DNA of 61,257 nucleotides from the sequence record DRR723986_9175, one strand, 5' to 3'. Below, piece after piece: positions 19,644 through 29,287 of the stretch. How positions within the stretch are numbered: position 1 is the stretch's first letter; each line of letters opens with the position of its first letter. Under the pieces are notes generated by a model that did not search any database, had not been told where the DNA came from, and saw only the letters and a program-made list of their open reading frames with translations. A program made the translations under genes and the position numbers.

Positions 19644-22286
19644 ATGCAGCTAGCAAATCGCATCTTTTGGGCAATTTGTAAGTTTCTACTCAGCTTTCGC
19701 TACAGCGTCACTGTCAACGGTGCAGAGCAACTCAAACAGCTCAGCGGCCCAACACTGGTCATCCCCAATCACCCCGCTTACGTTGACCCTCCGCTTATAT
19801 CCAGCCACATCCGTTTGCATCGGCCCCTGCGACCGCTGGTGTTTTCCGGAACGTACCGAATGCTTCCACTGCGACCATTGATGGGCCTGGTAAATGCGTT
19901 CGAGGTTCCTGATATGTCCTCACAAAGCCGCGACGCGCAGACGAAGGCCAAGGAGATGATCGATGCGGTTGTCCATCAGCTTGAATCGGGCGATTGCATG
20001 CTCATTTATCCATCTGGTCGCCTGCAACGTGGCAATCAAGAAGTCGTCGGTGCAGCCCGCGCGGTACACGAAATAGCTAGCCGCCTGCCTGATATCAACA
20101 TTGTGCGGATACGCACCCGAGGCTTATGGGGCAGCATGTTTAGTTGCGCCGAATACAACCGCCCACCCAATCTTGGCAGTCGAGTTGTTTCGGCTTTTGG
20201 TTGGGTCTTTGCAAGTCTGTTCTTCTTTCTGCCACGGCGTCCGGTCACGATGGAAGTGGAAGTCTGCAAAGCCAGTGAACTACCAACTGCATCTAAAGAA
20301 ACATTCAACCGTGAACTAGAAAGCTGGTACAACATTGACGGCGGGCAGGAGCCTCAGTTCGTTCGGTACAACCATCTGTTTGGCCCGAATGAGGGAGACT
20401 ATGGAAAAGCAGAGAGTGGCCAAGAAATTGATCTGGCAAGCATCAAGCCGAAGACGATCAACCTTGTGAACGAAATCGTTGAGGGGCACCTCAAGCGAGA
20501 CCTGACGCCAGAAGAGAAAGATCCAGCTACGACGCTTGAGACAATCGGTCTAGACAGCTTGGACCGCATGGATTTGGCTTTGCGAATCGAGCAACAGTTC
20601 AGCTTTCGCAGCAACAAAGTAGCCGCGACACTTGGCCAGCTATGGGCGCTCGCTGATGGCCAACTTTGCACCGGTGACGAGCAACTCACCGCTCCTGATG
20701 AGTGGTTTGCTCCGCGAAGCAGTACGTCGTCAACTCCCGAGATCTTGGCCGACACCGTTGCGCAGGCTTTTGTAAAGCGTGCCTTGAAACAACGCGGTGA
20801 TGTCGCCGCAGCCGATGCGATGTCTGGGGTCCTGACGTACGAACGAGTTTTGGTCGGTGCCCAGTTGATGGCCAAGCGGTTCCAGAAGCTGGAGGAAAAG
20901 CATGTTGGCATTATGCTACCGGCCAGCGTTGCTGCTGACATTGCCTTCTTTGCACTGCACTTGGCAGGCAAGATCCCGGTAATGATGAATTGGACAACCG
21001 GCCCAGGGAACTTGGCCCATGGCGTCGAAGTAACCGAAGTCCAACATATCATTACAAGCGCGAAGATGATCGACCGGCTCGGCATCGAAGTCGAGGGCGC
21101 GGACTACATCTTCTTGGAAGACGTAAAAGCTGGCATCGGAAAACTGGAGGCGATTTCGACGCTGCTCAAGACCAAGCTCTTCGGCAATAGCGTTTGGCGA
21201 GATCTGCCGCCGCAGTCGCCCGACGACACGGCCGTCTTCCTGTTCACGTCTGGTTCCGAAAGCATGCCCAAGACGGTGCCACTGTCCCATGAGAACCTGC
21301 TGGTCAATGTGCAGGACGGAATCGATGTCCTTAAGTGTAAGTCCTCCGACGCACTACTTGGTTTCTTACCACCATTCCACTCCTTTGGAATGACCGGGAA
21401 CCTAATCCTGCCCTATCTATCGGGAATCAAGTGTGTTCGCTACGCCGACCCGACCGATTCGCGTGGCTTGATGCAAACCATTCTGGCCTACAAGCCGACG
21501 ATGCTGTTCAGCACACCCACATTCTTAGGCTATATATTCGCCGCCAGCGGTGACAATATGCTCGACACACTGACACGTGTCATCACCGGTGCGGAGAAGT
21601 GCCCAGATTCAGTATTCGAGTCTTGCAAACGGCTTGCACCCAACGCTGTCATCTTAGAAGGCTACGGCATCACGGAATGCTCGCCAGTTGTCGCCGCCAA
21701 TCTAGTCGACCACACAAAGCCCGGTTCGGTTGGAAAACCGGTTGGTCACGTCGAAACATGTATCATCGACGTCGACAGCGGTCAAAAGGTTGCACCTGGT
21801 GACACTGGAATGCTCCTCGTTACCGGGCGGTCAATCTTCAAGGGATACTACAAACACGACGGACCAAGCCCGTTCGTCGAAGTCGATGGACGAAAGTGGT
21901 ACAAGACGGGCGATCTCGTCTCGATGGACGATGATGGTTTCTTGCACTTCCAGGGCCGCTTGAAGCGTTTCCTGAAGGCCGGCGGTGAAATGATTTCATT
22001 GCCAGCACTAGAAGAACCACTGGCGAAGGCGTTCCCGGCTGACGAAGACGGTCCCAAAGTTGCCGTAGAAGGCATCGAAACGGATGATGGTCGACACATC
22101 ACTTTGTTCACAACGGAATCGGTTACACTCCGCGAGGCAAGCGAAATATTGATCCAAGCTGGTCTACGTGGCGTCATGCGGCTCGACGAAGTACGCCAGA
22201 TCGACGCCATCCCCGTCCTTGGCACCGGAAAGACTGATTACAAGCAGCTTCGCGCGGCGCTGACAACTCCGATTGCCAGCACCTAG
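19644..22286 (+). CDS. Aas-like fusion: PlsC-type acyltransferase + acyl carrier protein domain + AMP-dependent acyl ligase
   Basis: HX4D (NHPAYVD) and IYPSGR; ACP motif GLDSLD; ligase motifs FTSGSESMPK, EGYGITE, YKTGD, GRLKRF and TGKTD. ATG at 19644 follows GGAG. Confidence 0.88.
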   Translation: MQLANRIFWAICKFLLSFRYSVTVNGAEQLKQLSGPTLVIPNHPAYVDPPLISSHIRLHRPLRPLVFSGTYRMLPLRPLMGLVNAFEVPDMSSQSRDAQTKAKEMIDAVVHQLESGDCMLIYPSGRLQRGNQEVVGAARAVHEIASRLPDINIVRIRTRGLWGSMFSCAEYNRPPNLGSRVVSAFGWVFASLFFFLPRRPVTMEVEVCKASELPTASKETFNRELESWYNIDGGQEPQFVRYNHLFGPNEGDYGKAESGQEIDLASIKPKTINLVNEIVEGHLKRDLTPEEKDPATTLETIGLDSLDRMDLALRIEQQFSFRSNKVAATLGQLWALADGQLCTGDEQLTAPDEWFAPRSSTSSTPEILADTVAQAFVKRALKQRGDVAAADAMSGVLTYERVLVGAQLMAKRFQKLEEKHVGIMLPASVAADIAFFALHLAGKIPVMMNWTTGPGNLAHGVEVTEVQHIITSAKMIDRLGIEVEGADYIFLEDVKAGIGKLEAISTLLKTKLFGNSVWRDLPPQSPDDTAVFLFTSGSESMPKTVPLSHENLLVNVQDGIDVLKCKSSDALLGFLPPFHSFGMTGNLILPYLSGIKCVRYADPTDSRGLMQTILAYKPTMLFSTPTFLGYIFAASGDNMLDTLTRVITGAEKCPDSVFESCKRLAPNAVILEGYGITECSPVVAANLVDHTKPGSVGKPVGHVETCIIDVDSGQKVAPGDTGMLLVTGRSIFKGYYKHDGPSPFVEVDGRKWYKTGDLVSMDDDGFLHFQGRLKRFLKAGGEMISLPALEEPLAKAFPADEDGPKVAVEGIETDDGRHITLFTTESVTLREASEILIQAGLRGVMRLDEVRQIDAIPVLGTGKTDYKQLRAALTTPIAST

Positions 22287-22330
22287 CATCCGGCCTTTGC
22301 GTTCAGCTCTCACTCCAGGAATCGACCAGC

Positions 22331-23074
22331 ATGCTTGAGACACAGGACATCACCAAATCCTACGATGGTAAAACTGTCCTGCAATCGACGGACCTGACTG
22401 TTGACGCAGGCAAAACGGTCGTGTTGATTGGTCCCAGCGGGTGTGGAAAATCAACGCTGCTGCGTATCTTGATTGGCCTGATACCTGCCGACTCTGGCGA
22501 GGTTCGGTTTGAGGGAATTCCGATTACGCAGGATAACGTTCTCGAAATGCGGCACCGCATGGGCTACGTCCTCCAAGATGGCGGCCTGTTCCCACATCTG
22601 AATGTTTTCGACAACCTGGCTCTGCTAGCCCGCCATCTCAAATCAATGTCCGAGTCGTCCATTGCGGAACGAATTGATGAACTGGCCGAATTAACGAAAC
22701 TCCCCACCGATGCGATCAAACGTTTCCCTGGTCAGATTTCTGGGGGGCAGCGGCAACGCGTGGCAATCATGCGAGCCCTTATGCTCGATCCACCACTGAT
22801 GCTATTTGACGAACCCATGGGTGCACTGGACCCGCTGGTCCGTTACGAACTGCAGGAAGACCTGAAGAACATCTTCGCAAACCTAAATAAGACGGTTGTG
22901 CTGGTCACACACGACATGGGCGAAGCAGCCTTCTTTGGGGAGGACTGCATTCTCATGGCCGAGGGCCGAATCGTTCAGCGTGGCAGCATTGATGACTTTC
23001 ACTCCGCCCCAGAAGAACCTTTTGTAACGCAGTTCATCACCGCCCAGCGTTTTCCCACTCTATCCAGTTCCTAA
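22331..23074 (+). CDS. ABC ATP-binding protein, osmoprotectant (OpuA/ProV/YehX-like) type, without CBS domains
   Basis: Motifs GPSGCGKSTL, MGYVLQDGGLFPHL, ISGGQRQRV, DEPMGALDPL and LVTHD. Confidence 0.88.
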   Translation: MLETQDITKSYDGKTVLQSTDLTVDAGKTVVLIGPSGCGKSTLLRILIGLIPADSGEVRFEGIPITQDNVLEMRHRMGYVLQDGGLFPHLNVFDNLALLARHLKSMSESSIAERIDELAELTKLPTDAIKRFPGQISGGQRQRVAIMRALMLDPPLMLFDEPMGALDPLVRYELQEDLKNIFANLNKTVVLVTHDMGEAAFFGEDCILMAEGRIVQRGSIDDFHSAPEEPFVTQFITAQRFPTLSSS

Positions 23075-23194
23075 TCGAAGTCACCGGCCCGCGCAGAACC
23101 GTTACAATGAAACTGCCATCGTAGAGCGGCCAACGCTCACCCACCCAACCGCTCCCCCATCCCAACGCTCGAAGCGTCCACTACGGATACTGCT

Positions 23195-23869
23195 ATGCTG
23201 AGCAGGATTGTCACGATCGTTCTCTTGGCCGTAGCCGGCTATCAAATCTACCGGCTTGTCAGCGTCCGCCGACAGATCCAATACAACAACTTGCAAGCCG
23301 ATCTTGCATTGCAATCAATTGCTCCGATTGTGCCGGTCGACGATTCGCTTGTCAATCTTCGCACCATCGAAGAATCAGACGGGCGATGTGCGTTGCAGTT
23401 CTTTCTGCCGCCGCAAAAGCAACTGGTTGTTCAACGTTCGATGATTGAGGGAAATCGCATCCGTTCGGTTGAAACCATCGCCGAAATCCCAGCAGCGAAG
23501 GGCGAAAGAATTGGATTTGTCGACATCGAGAAAGTCACTTCAGAAGAAGGAGTCGAATCCATCCAACTGATCGGCCTGACAGAACGTGCATTGGTGCTTC
23601 CGATTCCGGAGGACTACAAATTTGAATTCATGCATCATCCGCTGCGTGCCAGCGATCATTTCGACGCAAGAAACCTGTCCACAATCAGCCAATCGGTACA
23701 CTTCTACTACGCACAAGAACGAACGGTCTACTTGCCAACCGGCTATGCGATGACGCTCGCCTACGTCCGCAGCGAACTAAAGGATGCATCACGCATTGGA
23801 GACTTTAACTTTGTAGTCTCGATTGCTTACGCCGACGCTCCAGTGGAGGCGTCTGATGAAGAAGACTAG
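23195..23869 (+). CDS. Hypothetical protein with N-terminal membrane anchor
   Basis: 224-aa ORF with one N-terminal hydrophobic helix followed by a beta-rich region; overlaps the next gene by 14 nt. Confidence 0.6.
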   Translation: MLSRIVTIVLLAVAGYQIYRLVSVRRQIQYNNLQADLALQSIAPIVPVDDSLVNLRTIEESDGRCALQFFLPPQKQLVVQRSMIEGNRIRSVETIAEIPAAKGERIGFVDIEKVTSEEGVESIQLIGLTERALVLPIPEDYKFEFMHHPLRASDHFDARNLSTISQSVHFYYAQERTVYLPTGYAMTLAYVRSELKDASRIGDFNFVVSIAYADAPVEASDEED

Positions 23870-24524
23870 CCAACCGGACCCTACAGACTCCGACGCGTCT
23901 GAATCAGTGGTGGATACTTCCACAGATGAACAGGAGGTTCACAGGCGGCATGGACTGCGAATAAGTCTCGCCAACATCTTGGCATTGATAACTTTGGCGG
24001 CGACCTACTTCGCCTACCTGCGAGCTGAAAACAACCTTGCGGCATCCGAAGAACGATTGGTCAGAGCCAACTTTCGATCGGGGCAACTCCCGCAAGGTGA
24101 CTTGAAGAACTTTGAGTATGTCGCCGAAGTAGCCGGGCGAAAATGGTTGGTTTGGGTCCCCTTTAACCAGCAACTCCGCCTTCGAGTCCAAACACATTCT
24201 CTTTCATCACCGGCCACCCGGCCAATCGAGACGGAAGACATTGTCCTGCCCCAGGGTAACCACCGCATCAGTCTTGAGCCCGGCCCCGAGAGTAGTTGGC
24301 GAATTTTAGTCAACGGAAAAGAAAAATTTCACCGTTCAGAATCTGACAACTGGAATATCAGCAGATTGAATTACTTCCCAATTACCTACACGAGCGTTGA
24401 AACAATTCGGGCACCCATTCTGCTACAGGATGCGTACGGTACTGCAAAACTGGCTGCTGGCGAGGACTACGATCCCAAGATCCATCGATTCGGCATCCGC
24501 ATATGGCTCGATGCAGCCGAATGA
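23856..24524 (+). CDS. Hypothetical single-pass membrane protein
   Basis: GGAGG RBS before ATG 23856; RISLANILALITLAATYFAYL anchor of the kind common in planctomycete proteins. Confidence 0.65.
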   Translation: MKKTSQPDPTDSDASESVVDTSTDEQEVHRRHGLRISLANILALITLAATYFAYLRAENNLAASEERLVRANFRSGQLPQGDLKNFEYVAEVAGRKWLVWVPFNQQLRLRVQTHSLSSPATRPIETEDIVLPQGNHRISLEPGPESSWRILVNGKEKFHRSESDNWNISRLNYFPITYTSVETIRAPILLQDAYGTAKLAAGEDYDPKIHRFGIRIWLDAAE

Positions 24525-24549
24525 TCGAAATCTGTCAAAGACGCAATGT

Positions 24550-26286
24550 CTAGCTCGCCTGTGCAGAGCTCTCGACGCGTGGATCAGAGGCGGCCATCAA
24601 GCCCGCATCTGAAAACTGAATCCCTTGCCCCACGGCAGCTTTTCCAATGCGGCGCACTTTGTGCCCAAGAGCCTGCAATTGAGTGACGACAGCGTCTGGA
24701 ATTGCTCGCTCGCAAATCAATTCATCTGGTGACCACTGATGATGAGCCCGAGGTGCGGCAATCGCCTGATCTACCGTTTGCCCAAGATCGAGAACACGCA
24801 CCAAGGTCTGGAGCACCGTGGTGATAATTTTTGGCCCACCGGCCGCACCACAAGTCAAGATCGGCTGGTCACCCTCACCCAAGACCAATGTCGGACTCAT
24901 GCTCGACAGCGGACGCTTGCCAGGTGCAATTAAGTTCGCATCCGAGCCCAGCAGACCAAACGAATTCCGAACGCCGGGAGCAATACTGAAGTCGTCGAGT
25001 TCATTGTTCATGACGACTCCAGTGCCAGGAATAATCACTTTACTACCAAACGTTGTGTTGACCGTTTGTGTCAGTGCGACCACGTTGCCCTCAGCGTCCG
25101 CTGCCGTCAAATGCGTTGTATGATCGCCGGGAGAAAACAGATCAATCTCAGCTCGCGGGGGAACACCATGAGAGCTAACTTGGCTTGCTCGCTCCAAATC
25201 TATATCCGCAGCCCGTTGTCTCAAGTAATTTTCGTCGAGCAGGCCGCGCGGCACTTTCGCATAATCTGAATCGCCGAGCCAATATGCTCGATCGGCCATC
25301 GCCCGCTTCATCACCTCGGCAAGCAAGTGTCGTCCCTTGGCTTCGTCTTCAGCAAAGATACTCTTCACATCAAATTGCCCGAGCATCGCCAACATTTGCG
25401 CGTTGTGAATGCCACCGGAGCTTGGCGGTGGAAACCCAATCATTTGTCGTCCGCGATAGCTCTGACGAATGGGCGTTCGTTGCTTCGCTTTGTAGTTCAG
25501 AAAATCTGCTTGCGTCATCAACCCGCCGGAAGCGGCCATGAATTTGCCAACCCGCTCAGCAAACTCACCACCATAAAACCAGTCGATACCTTCCTCGGCA
25601 ACTTTCTCAAGAGTCCGTGCGAGGTCCTTTTGAACGAGCGTATCGCCAGCTTTCCAAGCTTCGCCACGATCATCAAGCAACACCTGGGCGGATGAATCAA
25701 ATTTGCGAATGTGCTTCACTACGGAAGAAAGCCGCGACTCGTAGCTCTTCGGAATCACAAAGCCTTGCGCGGCTCGCTCGGACGCCGCCAACAAAGATGA
25801 TTCCCAATCGAGGACACCAAACCGCGAGGAGATTTGATGGAGCGCCGCCAGTAGCCCTGGAACGCCGCTTGCGAGCGGGCCGACCTGACTTTTGGATGGG
25901 TCAGGCTTTCCGTTGGTGTAGAACATTGCCGGTGAAGCGCTTTGTGGAGCCATTTCGCGACCATCGATCGCGAACACGTCACCGGCTGCAGTTCGGACAA
26001 TCGCTAGGCAGCCTCCTCCGATTCCGGAGTTGTGCCCATCGACGACCGATAGCATCAACGAGGCTGCGACGGCCGCATCAATCGCATTTCCACCTCGAGC
26101 AAACGTCTGCATCGCCGCGTCAGTCGCATAGGGGCTCACCGTTGCGCACGCGTTGCGGGTGCCCTTTGCCGACGTCGCACGCGTCTCCTGAACGGCTGGT
26201 GGCTGAGCTGCGCCGAGTCGGGTTGCCCCTGCCGCTGCAACGATGCCGAGTGCAAATGCCCGTCGATCAAAGTCTACTGGTCTCAC
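24550..26286 (-). CDS. ggt: Gamma-glutamyltransferase, Tat-like signal
   Basis: Motifs GGNAIDAAVA, SGIGGG, IDGRE, PPPSSGG, catalytic Thr in HTTHL, NNELDDF and PGKRPLSSMSP; N-terminal DRRAF. Confidence 0.95.
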   Translation of the reverse strand: MRPVDFDRRAFALGIVAAAGATRLGAAQPPAVQETRATSAKGTRNACATVSPYATDAAMQTFARGGNAIDAAVAASLMLSVVDGHNSGIGGGCLAIVRTAAGDVFAIDGREMAPQSASPAMFYTNGKPDPSKSQVGPLASGVPGLLAALHQISSRFGVLDWESSLLAASERAAQGFVIPKSYESRLSSVVKHIRKFDSSAQVLLDDRGEAWKAGDTLVQKDLARTLEKVAEEGIDWFYGGEFAERVGKFMAASGGLMTQADFLNYKAKQRTPIRQSYRGRQMIGFPPPSSGGIHNAQMLAMLGQFDVKSIFAEDEAKGRHLLAEVMKRAMADRAYWLGDSDYAKVPRGLLDENYLRQRAADIDLERASQVSSHGVPPRAEIDLFSPGDHTTHLTAADAEGNVVALTQTVNTTFGSKVIIPGTGVVMNNELDDFSIAPGVRNSFGLLGSDANLIAPGKRPLSSMSPTLVLGEGDQPILTCGAAGGPKIITTVLQTLVRVLDLGQTVDQAIAAPRAHHQWSPDELICERAIPDAVVTQLQALGHKVRRIGKAAVGQGIQFSDAGLMAASDPRVESSAQAS

Positions 26287-26563
26287 TACAACGCTCCTCG
26301 GCGGTACTCAAGGCCAGGTCGGCCGTGATGAATATTCTTGCAAAAACTACGCCGGACAATTTTGCGTCTGTATCTAGGTTTTCAGCCCATATTGCCGCGG
26401 CCTCATCTGCTGAGGATACTAGATAGGATGTTGGATACAAGCTGGAGAAGTGCCCGTTGACGACGAACGCTACATTTCCACTCCCCGGCAACACCACGGC
26501 TGTTCTTTGAGCGGCTTCGAACTCCCGCCAAAAATCGTGACTCTCACCAGAAGCCGACCAAAA

Positions 26564-27364
26564 ATGAAGATTCTCAACGCGTTTGTGATTCCCGGGCTGA
26601 TCCTGTGCGGTTCCTTAACCGGCCGATGCAACGCACAAGTGGAAACAGGACAGCCCAAAGCGTCCGCAGGACAGACAACGACAGAGGAGACAAGCACAGA
26701 GAAGACCAACACAGAGGAGACACCTGAAAACCTGCCCAAAGGCATCAACGACGGCTTTCTCGATCCTAACCTCAAGATCGACGAATGGGTCAAGCGATTC
26801 GAAGTCGAAAGTCGCGAAGTGGTTGCTTGCCAGAAAGGAATCCTTGCCGCCTGCGAAATCAAACCTGGAATGACGGTCGCCGATATCGGCTCTGGCACAG
26901 GACTCTACATTGCACCTTTTTCGCGATTGGTCGGTAAGTCTGGCGCGGTGATCGCGGTCGACATCTCTCCGAAGTTCGTCAAGCATCTGCGAGACCGGAT
27001 TCGCAATGAGAAAATTGCGAACGCAACGGTAAAATTGTGCTCTAACAAGGAAGTCAATCTCAAGCCCGAGACGATTGACAGGGCATTCATTTGCGATGTC
27101 TACCATCATTTCGAATTCCCGCAAAACTCGCTGTCTTCGATTCACAAAGCGCTACGTCCGGGCGGGCGACTTATCCTCGTCGACTTCCACCGCGAAATCG
27201 AAGGACCTCGACGTGAGTGGATGATGAATCACATCCGAGCTCCCAAGGAAGTGTTTCAGCAAGAGATAATTGATGCTGGGTTCAAGCTAGTCGACGACGT
27301 CGACGTGGACGGCTTCAAAGAAAACTACTTGCTGGTCTTCGAGAAAGCCACCGCGGGTGAGTAA
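26564..27364 (+). CDS. Class I SAM-dependent methyltransferase with N-terminal signal peptide
   Basis: Motifs VADIGSGTG, AVDIS, DVYHH and LRPGGRLILVDF; signal-like MKILNAFVIPGLILCGSL...AQ. Confidence 0.85.
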   Translation: MKILNAFVIPGLILCGSLTGRCNAQVETGQPKASAGQTTTEETSTEKTNTEETPENLPKGINDGFLDPNLKIDEWVKRFEVESREVVACQKGILAACEIKPGMTVADIGSGTGLYIAPFSRLVGKSGAVIAVDISPKFVKHLRDRIRNEKIANATVKLCSNKEVNLKPETIDRAFICDVYHHFEFPQNSLSSIHKALRPGGRLILVDFHREIEGPRREWMMNHIRAPKEVFQQEIIDAGFKLVDDVDVDGFKENYLLVFEKATAGE

Positions 27365-28712
27365 AGAAGAGTCTTCACCCACATCAGGAAAGCAATTGGG
27401 CGTTGTCAGCCTTGCTGCACTTGTGGTCGCCAACATGGTCGGCGCTGGAGTGTTTGCATCCAGCGGCTACTCGCTGGCGATGCTTGGCAATCCACACCGA
27501 GTCATGCTCTCCTGGGCGCTGTGTGGCGTCTGGGCAATCTGTGGAGCACTTTCCTACGGAGCTCTCATTCGAAGGCTGCCGCAATCCGGTGGCGAGTATC
27601 TATTCTTGAGCAAACTAGTGCATCCAAGCATTGGTTTCTTGGCCGGATGGACTTCGCTTGTGGCGGGCTTCACCGCTCCAATCGCGATAGCAGCTAAGAA
27701 CGCGATCGCCTACGGCCTGCCAGATCTAGACCCAATGACCGCTTCGCTGGCCGCCAGCCTGCTGATTGCTGCCGTTGCCCTAACACTCTGGTACGGCATC
27801 TCCCTCAGTGCGTCAACTCAGACCGTTATCGTCTGTCTGAAGCTTGCTTTAATCGCAATCTTAATCCTTTGGGCGTTCTTCTTCACCAGCAGTGATGCTT
27901 GGGCCGGCGGTCCCCTGCCCGACCGTGCCCCCAATATGATTCCCACTGGCCTGGATGCCTGGATTACACTCGTTGCATCCATGACGTGGATAGCACTGAG
28001 CTACACCGGTTTCAACGCGGCGATCTATGTCGCTGGCGAAGCAAAACAGGCGCGTCAGACCGTTCCACTCGCGATGCTTCTTGCCACGCTGGCCATCACG
28101 GTAGTCTATCTACTGCTGAACTATATTTTCGTATTCGCCCCAGCACCCGAGCTAATCGCCGGCGAAGGCAATGTCGCTGATATTGCGGCAAGCGCTATTG
28201 GTGGCAAGCTGCTCAGCGGTCTGGTGCGAAGCATCGTTACCGTGGCGATGATCAGTAGCGTGTTCTCACTGTTGATTGCCGGCCCGCGCGTCTACCAGCA
28301 GATGGCCATAGATGGTGCGATGCCACGCATCCTACAAGGCAAGAGCGGTAGCCCGCGACTGGCGATTGTCCTGCAAGCGACCTTGGCGATAGCAACTGTT
28401 TTTGCTGCCAAACTGCTCCAAGTAATGCAGTTTCTTGGGCTTACCCTATCCGTTAGCGGTGCCATCGCGGTAGGCTCACTTTTTTGGATGAGCCGACGGA
28501 TCGACTGCCAGCGGCTTCGCATTTGGGAGGTTATCCCGGCGTGCATCTACTTGCTTTTCACGACGGCTCTCGTAGCAGCAGGTTTCCTGGAACAACGAAC
28601 TCAGTTCTTCGCCATGTTGGCCACATTCGCGCTTGGGATAGTCGCCTACTTTGCGTCAATGGCTCTCGGCATTGGCCGAACTGAAGCGAACCGCCCAGAT
28701 AACACAAACTGA
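27357..28712 (+). CDS. APC-family amino acid permease
   Basis: About 12 TM helices; motifs NMVGAGVF, LPQSGGEY, SYTGFNAAIYVAGE and GPRVY; GTG start overlaps the methyltransferase end. Confidence 0.88.
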   Translation: MSKEESSPTSGKQLGVVSLAALVVANMVGAGVFASSGYSLAMLGNPHRVMLSWALCGVWAICGALSYGALIRRLPQSGGEYLFLSKLVHPSIGFLAGWTSLVAGFTAPIAIAAKNAIAYGLPDLDPMTASLAASLLIAAVALTLWYGISLSASTQTVIVCLKLALIAILILWAFFFTSSDAWAGGPLPDRAPNMIPTGLDAWITLVASMTWIALSYTGFNAAIYVAGEAKQARQTVPLAMLLATLAITVVYLLLNYIFVFAPAPELIAGEGNVADIAASAIGGKLLSGLVRSIVTVAMISSVFSLLIAGPRVYQQMAIDGAMPRILQGKSGSPRLAIVLQATLAIATVFAAKLLQVMQFLGLTLSVSGAIAVGSLFWMSRRIDCQRLRIWEVIPACIYLLFTTALVAAGFLEQRTQFFAMLATFALGIVAYFASMALGIGRTEANRPDNTN

Positions 28713-28740
28713 ATCGACTCCAACCTCAAGGGGCAACATC

Positions 28741-29277
28741 TTGCCATCTCCGGTCCCTGTAGAAAACGCTTACCACTATTGCCCGGCCTGCGGCCAAGCG
28801 AACGCCAATCCTCCGGCGATTCCTTTCCGATGCACGCAATGTAATTTCTGCAACTTCTTTGGGCCCGTTCTGGCCGTCGGCGCGATACTGGTCAATGATG
28901 CAGGCCAAGCGCTGCTGGTTCGCCGGGCAAGAGATCCCGGCAAAGGGAAATGGGGACTGCCAGGCGGTTTTGTCGATCGAGGTGAATCGGCCGAAGAGGC
29001 GGCGGCGCGAGAAATCGCAGAAGAGGTCGGTCTTGAGGTCTCCGATTTGGAGTACATGCTTTCGGGGCCAAACACGTACAACTACCAAGGCGTCGTTGCA
29101 CCCGTCATCGATATATTCTTTGTGGGGCGGATTGCTGGACAACCAGAAATCACGCTGGCCGAAGCAGAGCTTTCTGACTACGAATGGTCACTGCCAACTG
29201 ATAAGCACTTACAGAATATGGCTTTCGAGTCCAACCGCATTGCTCTGGTTCACTGGTTAGCAAACCAGAGCAATTGA
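28741..29277 (+). CDS. NUDIX hydrolase with N-terminal zinc ribbon
   Basis: CPACG...CTQC and Nudix box GGFVDRGESAEEAAAREIAEEVG; start uncertain. Confidence 0.88.
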   Translation: MPSPVPVENAYHYCPACGQANANPPAIPFRCTQCNFCNFFGPVLAVGAILVNDAGQALLVRRARDPGKGKWGLPGGFVDRGESAEEAAAREIAEEVGLEVSDLEYMLSGPNTYNYQGVVAPVIDIFFVGRIAGQPEITLAEAELSDYEWSLPTDKHLQNMAFESNRIALVHWLANQSN

Positions 29278-29287
29278 GGTGATGGTT

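Noticed and set aside
23076-23200. Possible frameshifted N-terminal extension (…RSKRPLRILL) of the 23195 gene
   Set aside because: There is no start codon in that frame, and the 23195 ORF already begins with a usable anchor.
25617-26426. 269-aa plus-strand ORF
   Set aside because: Arg/Ser-rich shadow opposite ggt.
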